Made by a program: the position numbers and the translations under genes
Shown here: positions 35,677-43,675 of the stretch, in pieces
How positions within the stretch are numbered: the first letter of the stretch is position 1
Layout: every line of letters begins with the position of its first letter
Assembly (NCBI GenBank): GCA_024103495.1
Contig: JAGFIQ010000171.1
Location: 1,439 to 65,438 of the forward strand
Origin: Aridibacter famidurans
GTDB taxonomy: Bacteria; Acidobacteriota; Blastocatellia; Pyrinomonadales; Pyrinomonadaceae
Direction of reading: 5' to 3'
Length of the DNA stretch: 64,000 nucleotides
The notes under the pieces: generated by a model
The model's input: only the letters and a program-made list of their open reading frames with translations
What the model was told of the DNA's origin: nothing
The model's database searches: none

Positions 35677-37542
35677 ATGATCCTGAACAGAGAAAGATCC
35701 CGGCTACCGATACTGCTTGTGGCGGTCCTTTTGGGACTGCTGGCAGTTCTCGCCGCGCTCCAGTACCGATGGCTCGGGCAGATCAGCGAAGCTGAAAGCG
35801 TTCGGCTGAAATCGAGGCTTGTCGACGACACGCGAAGGTTCTCCGAAGACTTCAACCGCGAGATCCAGCTCGCCTATTACGGGTTTCAGCTCCATTCAAA
35901 GGCATTTCTGGCGGATGAGAATACGGAGTTTGCGAAGAGATGGGCTTATTGGAACCAGAACGCTGCATTTCCGGACCTGATCGAAGAAGCCTACTTCTAC
36001 AAAAGCGGCGCAGATACTTCGCTTTTAAAGTTCGATCTCGAGAAGAGCCAGTTCATCGAGCAAGAATTGACTGAAAGGACACTTGCCTTGAAGAACCAGA
36101 TCGATAGCGGTACGAAGCTTCAGCCGGTCATCGGAGATCCGCTTGCTCTCGTTATCCCCGTGTTTGAGGATACGGACGATATCGAACACGTCGTGGTCAG
36201 GACCAAGCAGATGATCCACTCGGTCGATAAACGGGGAGCGATCGATCTCGCCGACAAGTACGGACATTTGCTGCTTCTACTTGACCGTAGCGAGCTGACA
36301 GAGAAGTTGCTGCCGGGTCTGGTCGGGAAATATTTCTCGGGTTCGGAGAGCGCCGATTACAGCCTGGCGGTCCTTGATCAATCCGGTTCGGAGGTCTTTT
36401 CGAACGGCAATTCAGATGTCACAACGGCCGACGCGACGACCCGGATACTGGACCTCCGGCCCGGAACATTCACCTTCTTCGCCGAACGCTCGCCGATACC
36501 TGAAGGGGCTTCCGAAGCCCCCAGGGCGCAACTGGTTTTTACGGAAAGGATCGAAAGCCGGAACGTTTCGACCGTCAGGGACCGCGAGGGGAATGTCCCA
36601 AGAACGGATGATTCGGTCGTGGATGTGAACATCGTCGGAACTTCCAATCCGAACGTCACGGTCTTCGAGTCGAAAGGCTTGCCGGTCGGCGGTTTGTGGA
36701 CCTTGAAGGTTCAGCACAACGACGGTTCGCTCGACCAGTTCGTCGCAAACACCAGGAACCGCAACCTGGCAGTCAGTTTCGGGATCCTGGGTCTTCTCGC
36801 GGTAAGCACAGTCTTCATCTTTGTCTCTTCTCAGAGGGCGAAACGGCTCGCGCAGAGCCAGCTCGATTTCGTTTCCGCGGTCTCGCACGAGTTCAGGACG
36901 CCGCTGGCGGTGATCTATTCGGCGGGCGAAAACCTGTCGGACGGCGTTGTGGCGGACCGTGGAAAGATCTCGGAATACGGAGCGCTTATCAAGAAGGAAG
37001 GGCGAAAACTTTCCGGTATGGTCGAACAGATCCTGGAATTCGCTGGCGCGAGATCGGGGCGAAGGAAGTACGATTTCCGCGAGATCGATGCGGCGGAGAT
37101 GGTCGAAAAAGCGCTGGAGGAGTGCCGGCCGCAGCTCGACGAGAGCGGTTTCGAGGTCGAGACCGAGATCGCGAGCGGGCTTCCGGAGATCCGGGGAGAC
37201 GAAAAGGCGCTAACCCAGGCGGTACAGAACCTGATCAGCAACGCGTGGAAGTACTCGAACGGGAGCCGATGGATGAAGGTGTCGGTTGCGAACGGCGACG
37301 GCATCGTGAAGATCTCGGTGGAGGACCGCGGGATAGGGATCTCGCAAAAAGACCTCAAACACCTGTTCGAGCCGTTTTACAGATCTCGAGCGGTGGTCGA
37401 TGAACAGATCAGCGGCAACGGGCTCGGTCTGAGCCTCGTGAAACAGATCGTCGACGCGCACCAGGGCGAGATAACCGTCGAAAGCGAACAGGGAAAAGGA
37501 AGCAAGTTTGAGATCAGGCTGTCGGCGAGCAGTGAGCGGTGA
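35677..37542 (+). CDS. sensor histidine kinase with a large periplasmic sensor domain
   Basis: Two TM helices flank a ~330-aa domain. H-box SHEFRTPL, N-box NLISNAWKYS, and G1/G2 (DRGIGI, GNGLGLSL). The stop TGA 37540-37542 lies in a heptamer array. Confidence 0.88.
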   Translation: MILNRERSRLPILLVAVLLGLLAVLAALQYRWLGQISEAESVRLKSRLVDDTRRFSEDFNREIQLAYYGFQLHSKAFLADENTEFAKRWAYWNQNAAFPDLIEEAYFYKSGADTSLLKFDLEKSQFIEQELTERTLALKNQIDSGTKLQPVIGDPLALVIPVFEDTDDIEHVVVRTKQMIHSVDKRGAIDLADKYGHLLLLLDRSELTEKLLPGLVGKYFSGSESADYSLAVLDQSGSEVFSNGNSDVTTADATTRILDLRPGTFTFFAERSPIPEGASEAPRAQLVFTERIESRNVSTVRDREGNVPRTDDSVVDVNIVGTSNPNVTVFESKGLPVGGLWTLKVQHNDGSLDQFVANTRNRNLAVSFGILGLLAVSTVFIFVSSQRAKRLAQSQLDFVSAVSHEFRTPLAVIYSAGENLSDGVVADRGKISEYGALIKKEGRKLSGMVEQILEFAGARSGRRKYDFREIDAAEMVEKALEECRPQLDESGFEVETEIASGLPEIRGDEKALTQAVQNLISNAWKYSNGSRWMKVSVANGDGIVKISVEDRGIGISQKDLKHLFEPFYRSRAVVDEQISGNGLGLSLVKQIVDAHQGEITVESEQGKGSKFEIRLSASSER

Positions 37543-37552
37543 GCCGTGAGCC
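37529..37552. repeat. heptamer array (GTGAGCN) containing the histidine kinase stop codon
   Basis: gcagtgagcggtgagccgtgagcc; the TGA is at 37540-37542. Confidence 0.8.
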
Positions 37553-37653
37553 GTTTAGAGCAGCGCCTTGCGCTGCATTGAGTACGAAGCGCGAACCGAG
37601 CAGTGAGCTTGTTTAGAGCAGCGCTTTGCGCTGCCTTGAGCGCGAAGCACGAA
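37553..37653. repeat. two tandem ~57-bp units of the GTTTAGAGCAGCGC-N-GCGCTGC palindromic repeat family, between the kinase and regulator genes
   Basis: gtttagagcagcgccttgcgctgcattgagtacgaagcgcgaac... then gtttagagcagcgctttgcgctgccttgagcgcgaagcacgaac. Confidence 0.85.
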
Positions 37654-37696
37654 CTGTTCACCGCTTACCGCTCACTGCTCACAGCTCACCGCCCAC
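37654..37696. repeat. heptamer array, inverted (GCTCACN-type), closing the inter-genic hairpin-forming element
   Basis: ctgttcaccgcttaccgctcactgctcacagctcaccgcccac. Confidence 0.8.
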
Positions 37697-37700
37697 TTAT

Positions 37701-38387
37701 ATGAGAATCCTCCTTGTCGAAGACGAAAAGGGCCTCGTGATCACACTCTCGGACCGCCTACGGAACGAGGGCTTCGAGGTCGATGTCGCGGACGACGGGG
37801 AAAAGGGATTCGAGAAGGCCGCGTCGGGCTCGCACGACCTCATCATTCTTGACCTGATGCTCCCGAAAAAGAGCGGCCTCGATGTCTGCCGCGATCTTCG
37901 ACAAAACTCCGTCAACACGCCGATCCTGATGCTCACGGCGAAGGGCGAGACCATCGACAAGGTCCTGGGACTGAAGCTCGGCGCCGACGATTATCTGACA
38001 AAACCTTTCGAAGTGATGGAACTGCTTGCGCGGGTGGAAGCGCTCCTGAGGCGCTCGCCTGCGAGCTCGAACGGAGCCGCGCCGGGCGGGTTTTCGTTTG
38101 GCAACGTGCAGATCGATTTCAAGCGCGCGGAAGTTGCGAAGAACGAATCGCCGGTCGAGCTTTCGGCGATGGAGTTCAAGCTTCTTCAGTTCCTGGTCGA
38201 GAACCGCGGAGAGGTGCATTCTAGGAACGAACTGCTCGATGCCGTCTGGGGATACGACGCAATGCCGAACACGCGTACCGTAGACGTTCACATCGCGTGG
38301 CTGAGGCAGAAGCTGGAAGAAAATCCAAAGCGGCCTAAGTTCATCCAGACCGTCCACGGGCTTGGTTACAAGTTCGTCGGTCTGTGA
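37701..38387 (+). CDS. OmpR/PhoB family response regulator
   Basis: MRILLVEDEKG, DLIILDLMLP, and a winged-helix C-terminus (RTVDVHIAWLRQKLE...IQTVHGLGYKF). The start was moved to 37701 because the upstream track codons are repeat DNA. Confidence 0.92.
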   Translation: MRILLVEDEKGLVITLSDRLRNEGFEVDVADDGEKGFEKAASGSHDLIILDLMLPKKSGLDVCRDLRQNSVNTPILMLTAKGETIDKVLGLKLGADDYLTKPFEVMELLARVEALLRRSPASSNGAAPGGFSFGNVQIDFKRAEVAKNESPVELSAMEFKLLQFLVENRGEVHSRNELLDAVWGYDAMPNTRTVDVHIAWLRQKLEENPKRPKFIQTVHGLGYKFVGL

Positions 38388-38420
38388 GCTGTGGGCGGTG
38401 AGCAGTAAGCAGTGAGCTGT
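38385..38420. repeat. heptamer array (GTGAGCN) starting at the response-regulator stop codon
   Basis: tgagctgtgggcggtgagcagtaagcagtgagctg; the TGA is at 38385-38387. Confidence 0.8.
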
Positions 38421-38470
38421 TTAGAGCAGCGCTCCGCGCTGCATTTGAGCGCGAACCCTGCTGAGAGCAT
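38419..38470. repeat. GTTTAGAGCAGCGC family repeat unit
   Basis: gtttagagcagcgctccgcgctgcatttgagcgcgaaccctg. Confidence 0.8.
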
Positions 38471-38559
38471 CGAGCCGTGGGCGGGGTCCGTTTGCTCGCG
38501 CAGTCCGTAATCGTCGCAACGCGAACAAGGCCCCCTTCCGTTTACTGCTCACCGCTTTC

Positions 38560-39999
38560 TCAAAACTCGCTGTCAGGAAGGGCGCTCTGCCGCCTCGAAA
38601 CTCCTGTATCATTGGCCGCCTTCTCGACCTCAACTGCTACCGCTTTCGACACCCGCTTATCGAAAACCGAAGGCACGACGTAATCGGCGTGTAGCTCGTC
38701 GTCGGTAATGATGCCGGCGATGGCGTGCGCCGCCGCGATCTTCATCTCCTCGTTGATCCTCGAAGCTCGGCAGTTAAGCGCCCCGCGAAAGATCCCCGGA
38801 AAGCAGAGGACGTTGTTGATCTGGTTCGGATAATCCGAACGGCCAGTGGCGATTACCGCGGCGTGCCCGGCGGCGTCTTCCGGATAGATCTCCGGGTCGG
38901 GATTCGCCATCGCAAAGACGATCGGGTCGGAGGCCATGTTCTCAAGGTCCTTTACGGTGAGGATCCCGGGAACGCTGAGCCCGAAGAAGACATCCGCGTT
39001 TTTGATCACGTCGTGAATGTCGCCTTTTTCCTTGTCGGGATTCGTGTGCCGCGCGTACCAGTCTTTAACCCAGTTCATGTTCTCGGTCCGGCCTTTGTAT
39101 ATCGATCCGCTCGTGTCGCAGCCGACGACGTTTTGAACGCCCGCCGCCATCACTATCTTCGTGCACGCCACTCCCGCGGCGCCGATCCCGTTCACGACGA
39201 CCTTTATGTCTTCCATTCTCTTGCCGACGATCTTGAGAGAGTTGATCAGCGCCGCGAGAACGACCACCGCCGTGCCGTGCTGATCGTCGTGAAAAACAGG
39301 AATGTCGAGCTCCTCCTTGAGCCGCTCTTCGATCTCGAAACATCTCGGAGCCGATATGTCTTCGAGGTTTATGCCTCCGAAGGCGACCGAGATGTTCTTG
39401 ATCGTCTGGACTATTTCGTGGGGATCTTTCGTATCGAGGCAGATCGGGAACGCGTCAACTCCCCCGAACTCCTTGAAAAGCTGGCACTTGCCTTCCATCA
39501 CGGGCATCGCCGCGCCGGCTCCCAGGCTGCCGAGGCCGAGGACCGCGGTCCCGTCGGAAACAACTGCGACCGTGTTCTTCTTGATCGTCAGTGTAAAGAC
39601 CTTCTCCGGGTCCTTGTGGATCGCCTCGCAGACGCGAGCGACGCCGGGCGTGTACGCCATCGAGAGATCGGCCCGGTTGTTCAGAGGGATCTTGGAGACG
39701 GTTTCGATCTTGCCCCCGATATGCATCAGGAAGGTCCGGTCCGAGACCTGTATAACATCCACGCCGTCGATCTGCCGGACCTCGTCGATGATCTGTCGGT
39801 TGTGGACCTCGGAGGCAGCGTTGACCGTGATGTCGCGGACGATCGAGTCCTTGCCGACGCGCACGATGTCTATAGCGCCGATGTCTCCGCCGGCGTTGCC
39901 TATGGTCGTCGTTATCTCGCCGAGCTTTCCCGGCAGGTTTTGTATCTCCACGCGAACGGTGAAGCTGAAACTCGCGCTAGGCGTCTGTTTGTCTGGCAC
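38560..39999 (-). CDS. NAD(P)-dependent malic enzyme with N-terminal ACT domain
   Basis: The small-type malic enzyme core (LSMAYTPGVA, GTAVLGLG, FHDDQHGTA, GAGAAG) is preceded by a ~70-aa ACT-like domain. Confidence 0.92.
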   Translation of the reverse strand: MPDKQTPSASFSFTVRVEIQNLPGKLGEITTTIGNAGGDIGAIDIVRVGKDSIVRDITVNAASEVHNRQIIDEVRQIDGVDVIQVSDRTFLMHIGGKIETVSKIPLNNRADLSMAYTPGVARVCEAIHKDPEKVFTLTIKKNTVAVVSDGTAVLGLGSLGAGAAMPVMEGKCQLFKEFGGVDAFPICLDTKDPHEIVQTIKNISVAFGGINLEDISAPRCFEIEERLKEELDIPVFHDDQHGTAVVVLAALINSLKIVGKRMEDIKVVVNGIGAAGVACTKIVMAAGVQNVVGCDTSGSIYKGRTENMNWVKDWYARHTNPDKEKGDIHDVIKNADVFFGLSVPGILTVKDLENMASDPIVFAMANPDPEIYPEDAAGHAAVIATGRSDYPNQINNVLCFPGIFRGALNCRASRINEEMKIAAAHAIAGIITDDELHADYVVPSVFDKRVSKAVAVEVEKAANDTGVSRRQSALPDSEF

Positions 40000-40053
40000 T
40001 TTATATCCCTTGTTTCGGAAGATGTAGGCTAAGGCCCGTCGCAGCTCTGCGGA

Positions 40054-40665
40054 TCAGGCTTTTCGAAGAAGGCCTCTGAAGAGACCCAGTACTTCGATCT
40101 TGTCCGCCTGCGCGCGGACCGGCTCGTAGCTTTCGTTCGAAGGTCTGATCTCTACCGAGGATCCTTTTCTGAAGTAGTTTCCTAAAGTCAGGCGCTCTTT
40201 GTCTACAAGAGCCGCGACGCAATCGCCGTCCCTCGCGAAGGTCTTGCTTTCTATCAGGGCGATGTCGCCCTCCAGAATGTGCTCGTCGGCCATGGCATTG
40301 TCGGGAACGATCATCCCTCGCATCTTCTTGGCAGACCGAAAGCCAAGTAAAGATCTGGGAACGAACAGAGGGGTTTGGGCTTCACTTCCGCCGTTGCCCG
40401 CGCTTTTCTCAAGCCATTCCACCTCGCATATGTGCTCGTTTACGGACGACTTCGGATAGATCTCAAGGCTGAACCGTCCGGATTCGCGGTTTCGTTTCAG
40501 AAGACCCTTTTTCTCAAGCGCCTCTATGTGGCGGGCGACGCCGCCTTTCGACGACAGGCCGAAATGAACGGCGATCTGCTGGTAGGAGGGTTCGTATCCC
40601 TTGTTCTCCACGAATTCGACAATGAAGTCGAGGATCTCACGCTGACGCCGGCTGCGCGTTTGCAT
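40054..40665 (-). CDS. lexA: LexA repressor
   Basis: N-terminal winged HTH (RQREILDFIVEFVENKGYEPSYQQIAVHFGL.SKGGVARHIEALEKKGLL) and a C-terminal S24 peptidase domain. Confidence 0.9.
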   Translation of the reverse strand: MQTRSRRQREILDFIVEFVENKGYEPSYQQIAVHFGLSSKGGVARHIEALEKKGLLKRNRESGRFSLEIYPKSSVNEHICEVEWLEKSAGNGGSEAQTPLFVPRSLLGFRSAKKMRGMIVPDNAMADEHILEGDIALIESKTFARDGDCVAALVDKERLTLGNYFRKGSSVEIRPSNESYEPVRAQADKIEVLGLFRGLLRKA

Positions 40666-40672
40666 AGACGTG

Positions 40673-40702
40673 ATTCTAATGACGCCCTCAAATCCAAGTC
40701 AA
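40673..40702 (-). promoter_or_regulatory. sigma-70-like promoter of lexA, with the -10 box ending 7 nt before the ATG (leaderless or near-leaderless mRNA)
   Basis: Minus strand: TTGACT, 18 nt, TAGAAT, cacgtct, ATG. There is no Shine-Dalgarno sequence. Confidence 0.45.
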
Positions 40703-40862
40703 ATCCGCGCCCGAACGGCGATCCGCGATCGCGACTGCCTTGTTAAAGGCACTAAAACATTGACTGATTTCTTTGCGGGCAGTTAAAATCAAGAGTGCGC
40801 GATTTCCGCGTTTCCTTATCCTATCCGGCTAGGCTCCCGCTAGACTTCTCAAACCTTCTATT

Positions 40863-42017
40863 ATGTCCACCAGAATCGACGATCTATTACGAATGTCAAT
40901 GAGCTTCGGGGCGTCCGACCTTCATCTGCGCGCCGGCTCGTATCCTGTCATAAGGGTCAACGGCGAACTGCGGCCCGTATCGGGGGTGAACCGGCTGTCC
41001 CAGGAAGAGACCCTGGAAATGGCGTTCTCGATGATGTCGAACCGCCAGAAAATGCACTTCAAAGAGCATTTCGAGGTGGACATAGGTTACGGCGTATCCG
41101 GGCTGGGCAGGTTCCGCGTGAACATCTTCCAGCAGAGGGGATCGATCGGGATCGTCGCACGCGTTATTTCGGACAACATCAAGAATTTCAGCGAGCTCGG
41201 CCTGCCTCCTGTTCTCAGCACTATCTCAGAGGAGAACCGTGGGCTGATACTTGTCACTGGCACGACGGGTTCCGGTAAATCGACTACGCTCGCGGCGATG
41301 GTCGATTACATAAACAACTCGCGGAACTGCCACATCGTGACGATCGAGGACCCGATCGAGTTTCTCCACAAGGACAGGCAGTCGTACGTGACCCAGCGCG
41401 AGGTCGATGTCGACACAAGGAATTTCGCGGAAGCGCTTAGAGGATCGCTGCGTCAGGACCCCGATGTCATTCTCGTCGGCGAGATGCGCGACCTCGAGAC
41501 CATCGAAACGGCGCTGGTCGCCGCCGAAACCGGCCACCTGGTCCTTTCTACTTTGCATACGCTGGACGCCACCGAAACGCTGACGCGCATCATTTCGGCC
41601 TTTCCGCCTTATCAGCAAAAATCGATCAGGATCCAGATCGCGGGGCTTCTGAAGGCCGTGATCTCCCAAAGGCTCATGAAGTCTTCGAAAGGGAATTCGC
41701 GCGTGCCGGCAGTTGAAGTGCTGGTTTCGACTCCGTTGATCCGCGACTGCATTTTACAGGAAGAGAAGACCTCTCAGATTCGGGATGCGATCTCGGCCGG
41801 CACGTCGCAATATGGAATGCAGACGTTCGATCAGTCGCTTTTCTACCTGTACCAGTCCGAACTGATCACGCTCGACGAGGCTCTGCGCGGCTCGACAAAT
41901 CCGGACGAGTTCCGTCTCAGGCTTGCGGGAATTCAGAACACGACTGCCCAGGCAAAGGAAGAAATGGAGCAGGTCAGCGGAATCGGGAACATCAGCAGTG
42001 TCCTGGAGAGGGAGTAG
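40863..42017 (+). CDS. pilT: type IV pilus retraction ATPase PilT
   Basis: SDLHL, Walker A GTTGSGKST, Asp box, Walker B ILVGEMRD, His box TLHT and AIRNLIRE-like region (PLIRDCILQE). Confidence 0.92.
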   Translation: MSTRIDDLLRMSMSFGASDLHLRAGSYPVIRVNGELRPVSGVNRLSQEETLEMAFSMMSNRQKMHFKEHFEVDIGYGVSGLGRFRVNIFQQRGSIGIVARVISDNIKNFSELGLPPVLSTISEENRGLILVTGTTGSGKSTTLAAMVDYINNSRNCHIVTIEDPIEFLHKDRQSYVTQREVDVDTRNFAEALRGSLRQDPDVILVGEMRDLETIETALVAAETGHLVLSTLHTLDATETLTRIISAFPPYQQKSIRIQIAGLLKAVISQRLMKSSKGNSRVPAVEVLVSTPLIRDCILQEEKTSQIRDAISAGTSQYGMQTFDQSLFYLYQSELITLDEALRGSTNPDEFRLRLAGIQNTTAQAKEEMEQVSGIGNISSVLERE

Positions 42018-42069
42018 GGAGGACAGGAGACAGGAGACAGCAATCGGAACCCGGAGCGCGAGCGACGGG
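42017..42069. repeat. GGAGACA heptamer array plus AATCGGAACCCGGAGSGCGAGCGACGGG module directly after the pilT stop
   Basis: gggaggacaggagacaggagacagcaatcggaacccggagcgcgagcgacggg. The 28-nt module recurs at 27924-27951, directly after another stop codon. Confidence 0.8.
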
Positions 42070-42260
42070 CATAGCCGACCGCGTAGCGGTCATATCCTTC
42101 CAGCCATGGGTAAGCCCTAAGTGCTTAACCCACGGAAAACGGACCGACGAGAACATCGAGCCGTGCAGCGGCGAAACGAGACTGACGAAGAACCTCACTG
42201 AAATTTCGGATCATGCAATTGACCGCTGACTCCGATCTTCTGACTTCGGACTTCTATTTC

Positions 42261-43175
42261 TCAATCCAGCCAGACCTCCCCTCTCGCCGAGATCACCGAT
42301 CTACCCCCGATCCTAACACGCGTCACGGCCCCCTTTTCTCCGTCGACCTGAGCCCGGATCCTGCTCGGGCGGCCCATCATATCGCCCTGTTCGATCGTGA
42401 ACGTGCTCTCAGCGATAGCGCCGTGGTAAGTTAGATAACCTGAAAGCGACCCCGCCGCGCTTCCTGTCGCCGGATCTTCGGGGATTGCGTCCGCGGGCGC
42501 AAAGAACCGAGCGTGAACGGATGAAGATCCCTCCAGAGTCTCAAACGAAAAGCAGTAGCATCCTACCGCGCCGGGTTCGAGGTATATTTTGCTGAGAAGC
42601 CCCGGATTGATCTCGATCCTGCTCAAGGACGTCAGGGACACTATCGGGACCGCAAGGGCTCGTATTCCGGTTGAAACGACCTGAACCGGCAACTCGGCGG
42701 AGCAGGCAAGTTCGTCACGTTCCAGGCCAAGGCTGTCCGCCAGAAGCGCAAGCTGTGTTTCGTCGGTTATCACAGGACCAGGTTCAAACGCGCCTTGAGT
42801 CATCGTTACCGAGGCGGGCTCCGATCTCTCAAACTCGATCTCGACCGGCAGGACGCCGAGCGCGACCTCCTGTTCGATCGTGATCGAACCGTCCTCGGGC
42901 TTTTCCGTCACTCCGAGACGCGCGAGCAGGTTCCAGGTCCCGACAACCGGATGGCCCGCGAGGGGCAGTTCCTGTTTCGGAGTGAAGATCCTGAGCCGCC
43001 GAAGGGCCCTCTCCGACGGAAGGACGAAGACGGTTTCCGACAGGTTCATTTCCTTCGCGATCGACTGCATCTCGGCGTCTGATATCCCCGCGCCGTCGGG
43101 GAACACCGCAAGCGGATTTCCCGCGAATTTCGTGTCGGTGAAAACGTCCAGCTGATAGAACTCGTGCTTTCTCAT
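42261..43175 (-). CDS. PhzF family isomerase
   Basis: YQLDVFTDTKFAGNPLAVF, SETVFV and the overall 300-aa two-domain DAP-epimerase-like pattern. Confidence 0.88.
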   Translation of the reverse strand: MRKHEFYQLDVFTDTKFAGNPLAVFPDGAGISDAEMQSIAKEMNLSETVFVLPSERALRRLRIFTPKQELPLAGHPVVGTWNLLARLGVTEKPEDGSITIEQEVALGVLPVEIEFERSEPASVTMTQGAFEPGPVITDETQLALLADSLGLERDELACSAELPVQVVSTGIRALAVPIVSLTSLSRIEINPGLLSKIYLEPGAVGCYCFSFETLEGSSSVHARFFAPADAIPEDPATGSAAGSLSGYLTYHGAIAESTFTIEQGDMMGRPSRIRAQVDGEKGAVTRVRIGGRSVISARGEVWLD

Positions 43176-43389
43176 ACCATTCTCCCGAAGCGTCCCGTCT
43201 GAACATCGGTTCGTATAATTTTGAGGGAATCATAGGACTACCGTGAAACGTAGTCAACTACCTATCTATCCGCGGTCTTGCTTCGACGTGCGTTTGCGTC
43301 GGAAGTGCCGCTTGAGAGGCGCTCACGGGCGATCTCGCGGGCGCGTTTCGGATGCCCACCACCGTAATGGTGCGTTTACATCTATTATC

Positions 43390-43418
43390 TTGACATCAAA
43401 GCACTTCGCCTGTAGATT
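43390..43418 (+). promoter_or_regulatory. sigma-70-like promoter for rpsA with ~250-nt leader
   Basis: TTGACA (43390-43395), a 17-nt spacer, then TAGATT (43413-43418). Confidence 0.5.
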
Positions 43419-43675
43419 CTAGTTTTACCCGAACATGTGAGTTCTTGCGTGATTCAGTACTTTGACGAGCGGGTTTTTGTAGCTCGGAGGTTCATCCTCT
43501 TACTTTCCGGCTTATAGAGAGATACTTGTCACAATTCAATCGCTGTTGGGTAAAAATTAGCTATCCTACGGGCTGATTTTTTTTATTGCTTTCAGAACGG
43601 TCTGGGGGGTATGCTCCGCCGGTCGCAGAGCGCGTCCGGTGACCCAAAACCAAAAGGAAGTTAACCTGAACCTAA

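Noticed and set aside
37553-38470. GTTTAGAGCAGCGC repeats as a possible CRISPR array; the sequence superficially resembles some CRISPR repeats.
   Set aside because: There are only two adjacent units, with no spacer-like unique sequence between them. The other copies are scattered over 60 kb in both orientations, each unit is itself a palindrome, and there are no cas genes.
40666-40862. An SOS (LexA) box of the GTTC-N7-GTTC or CTGT-N8-ACAG type in the lexA-pilT divergent region.
   Set aside because: Only a single GAAC/GTTC half-site is present, and no matching partner lies at the required spacing.
43176-43389. A possible small gene or RNA in the 215 bp between the PhzF-family start and the rpsA promoter.
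   Set aside because: There is no ORF with a ribosome-binding site and no striking secondary structure or repeat. It is most simply divergent promoter DNA.
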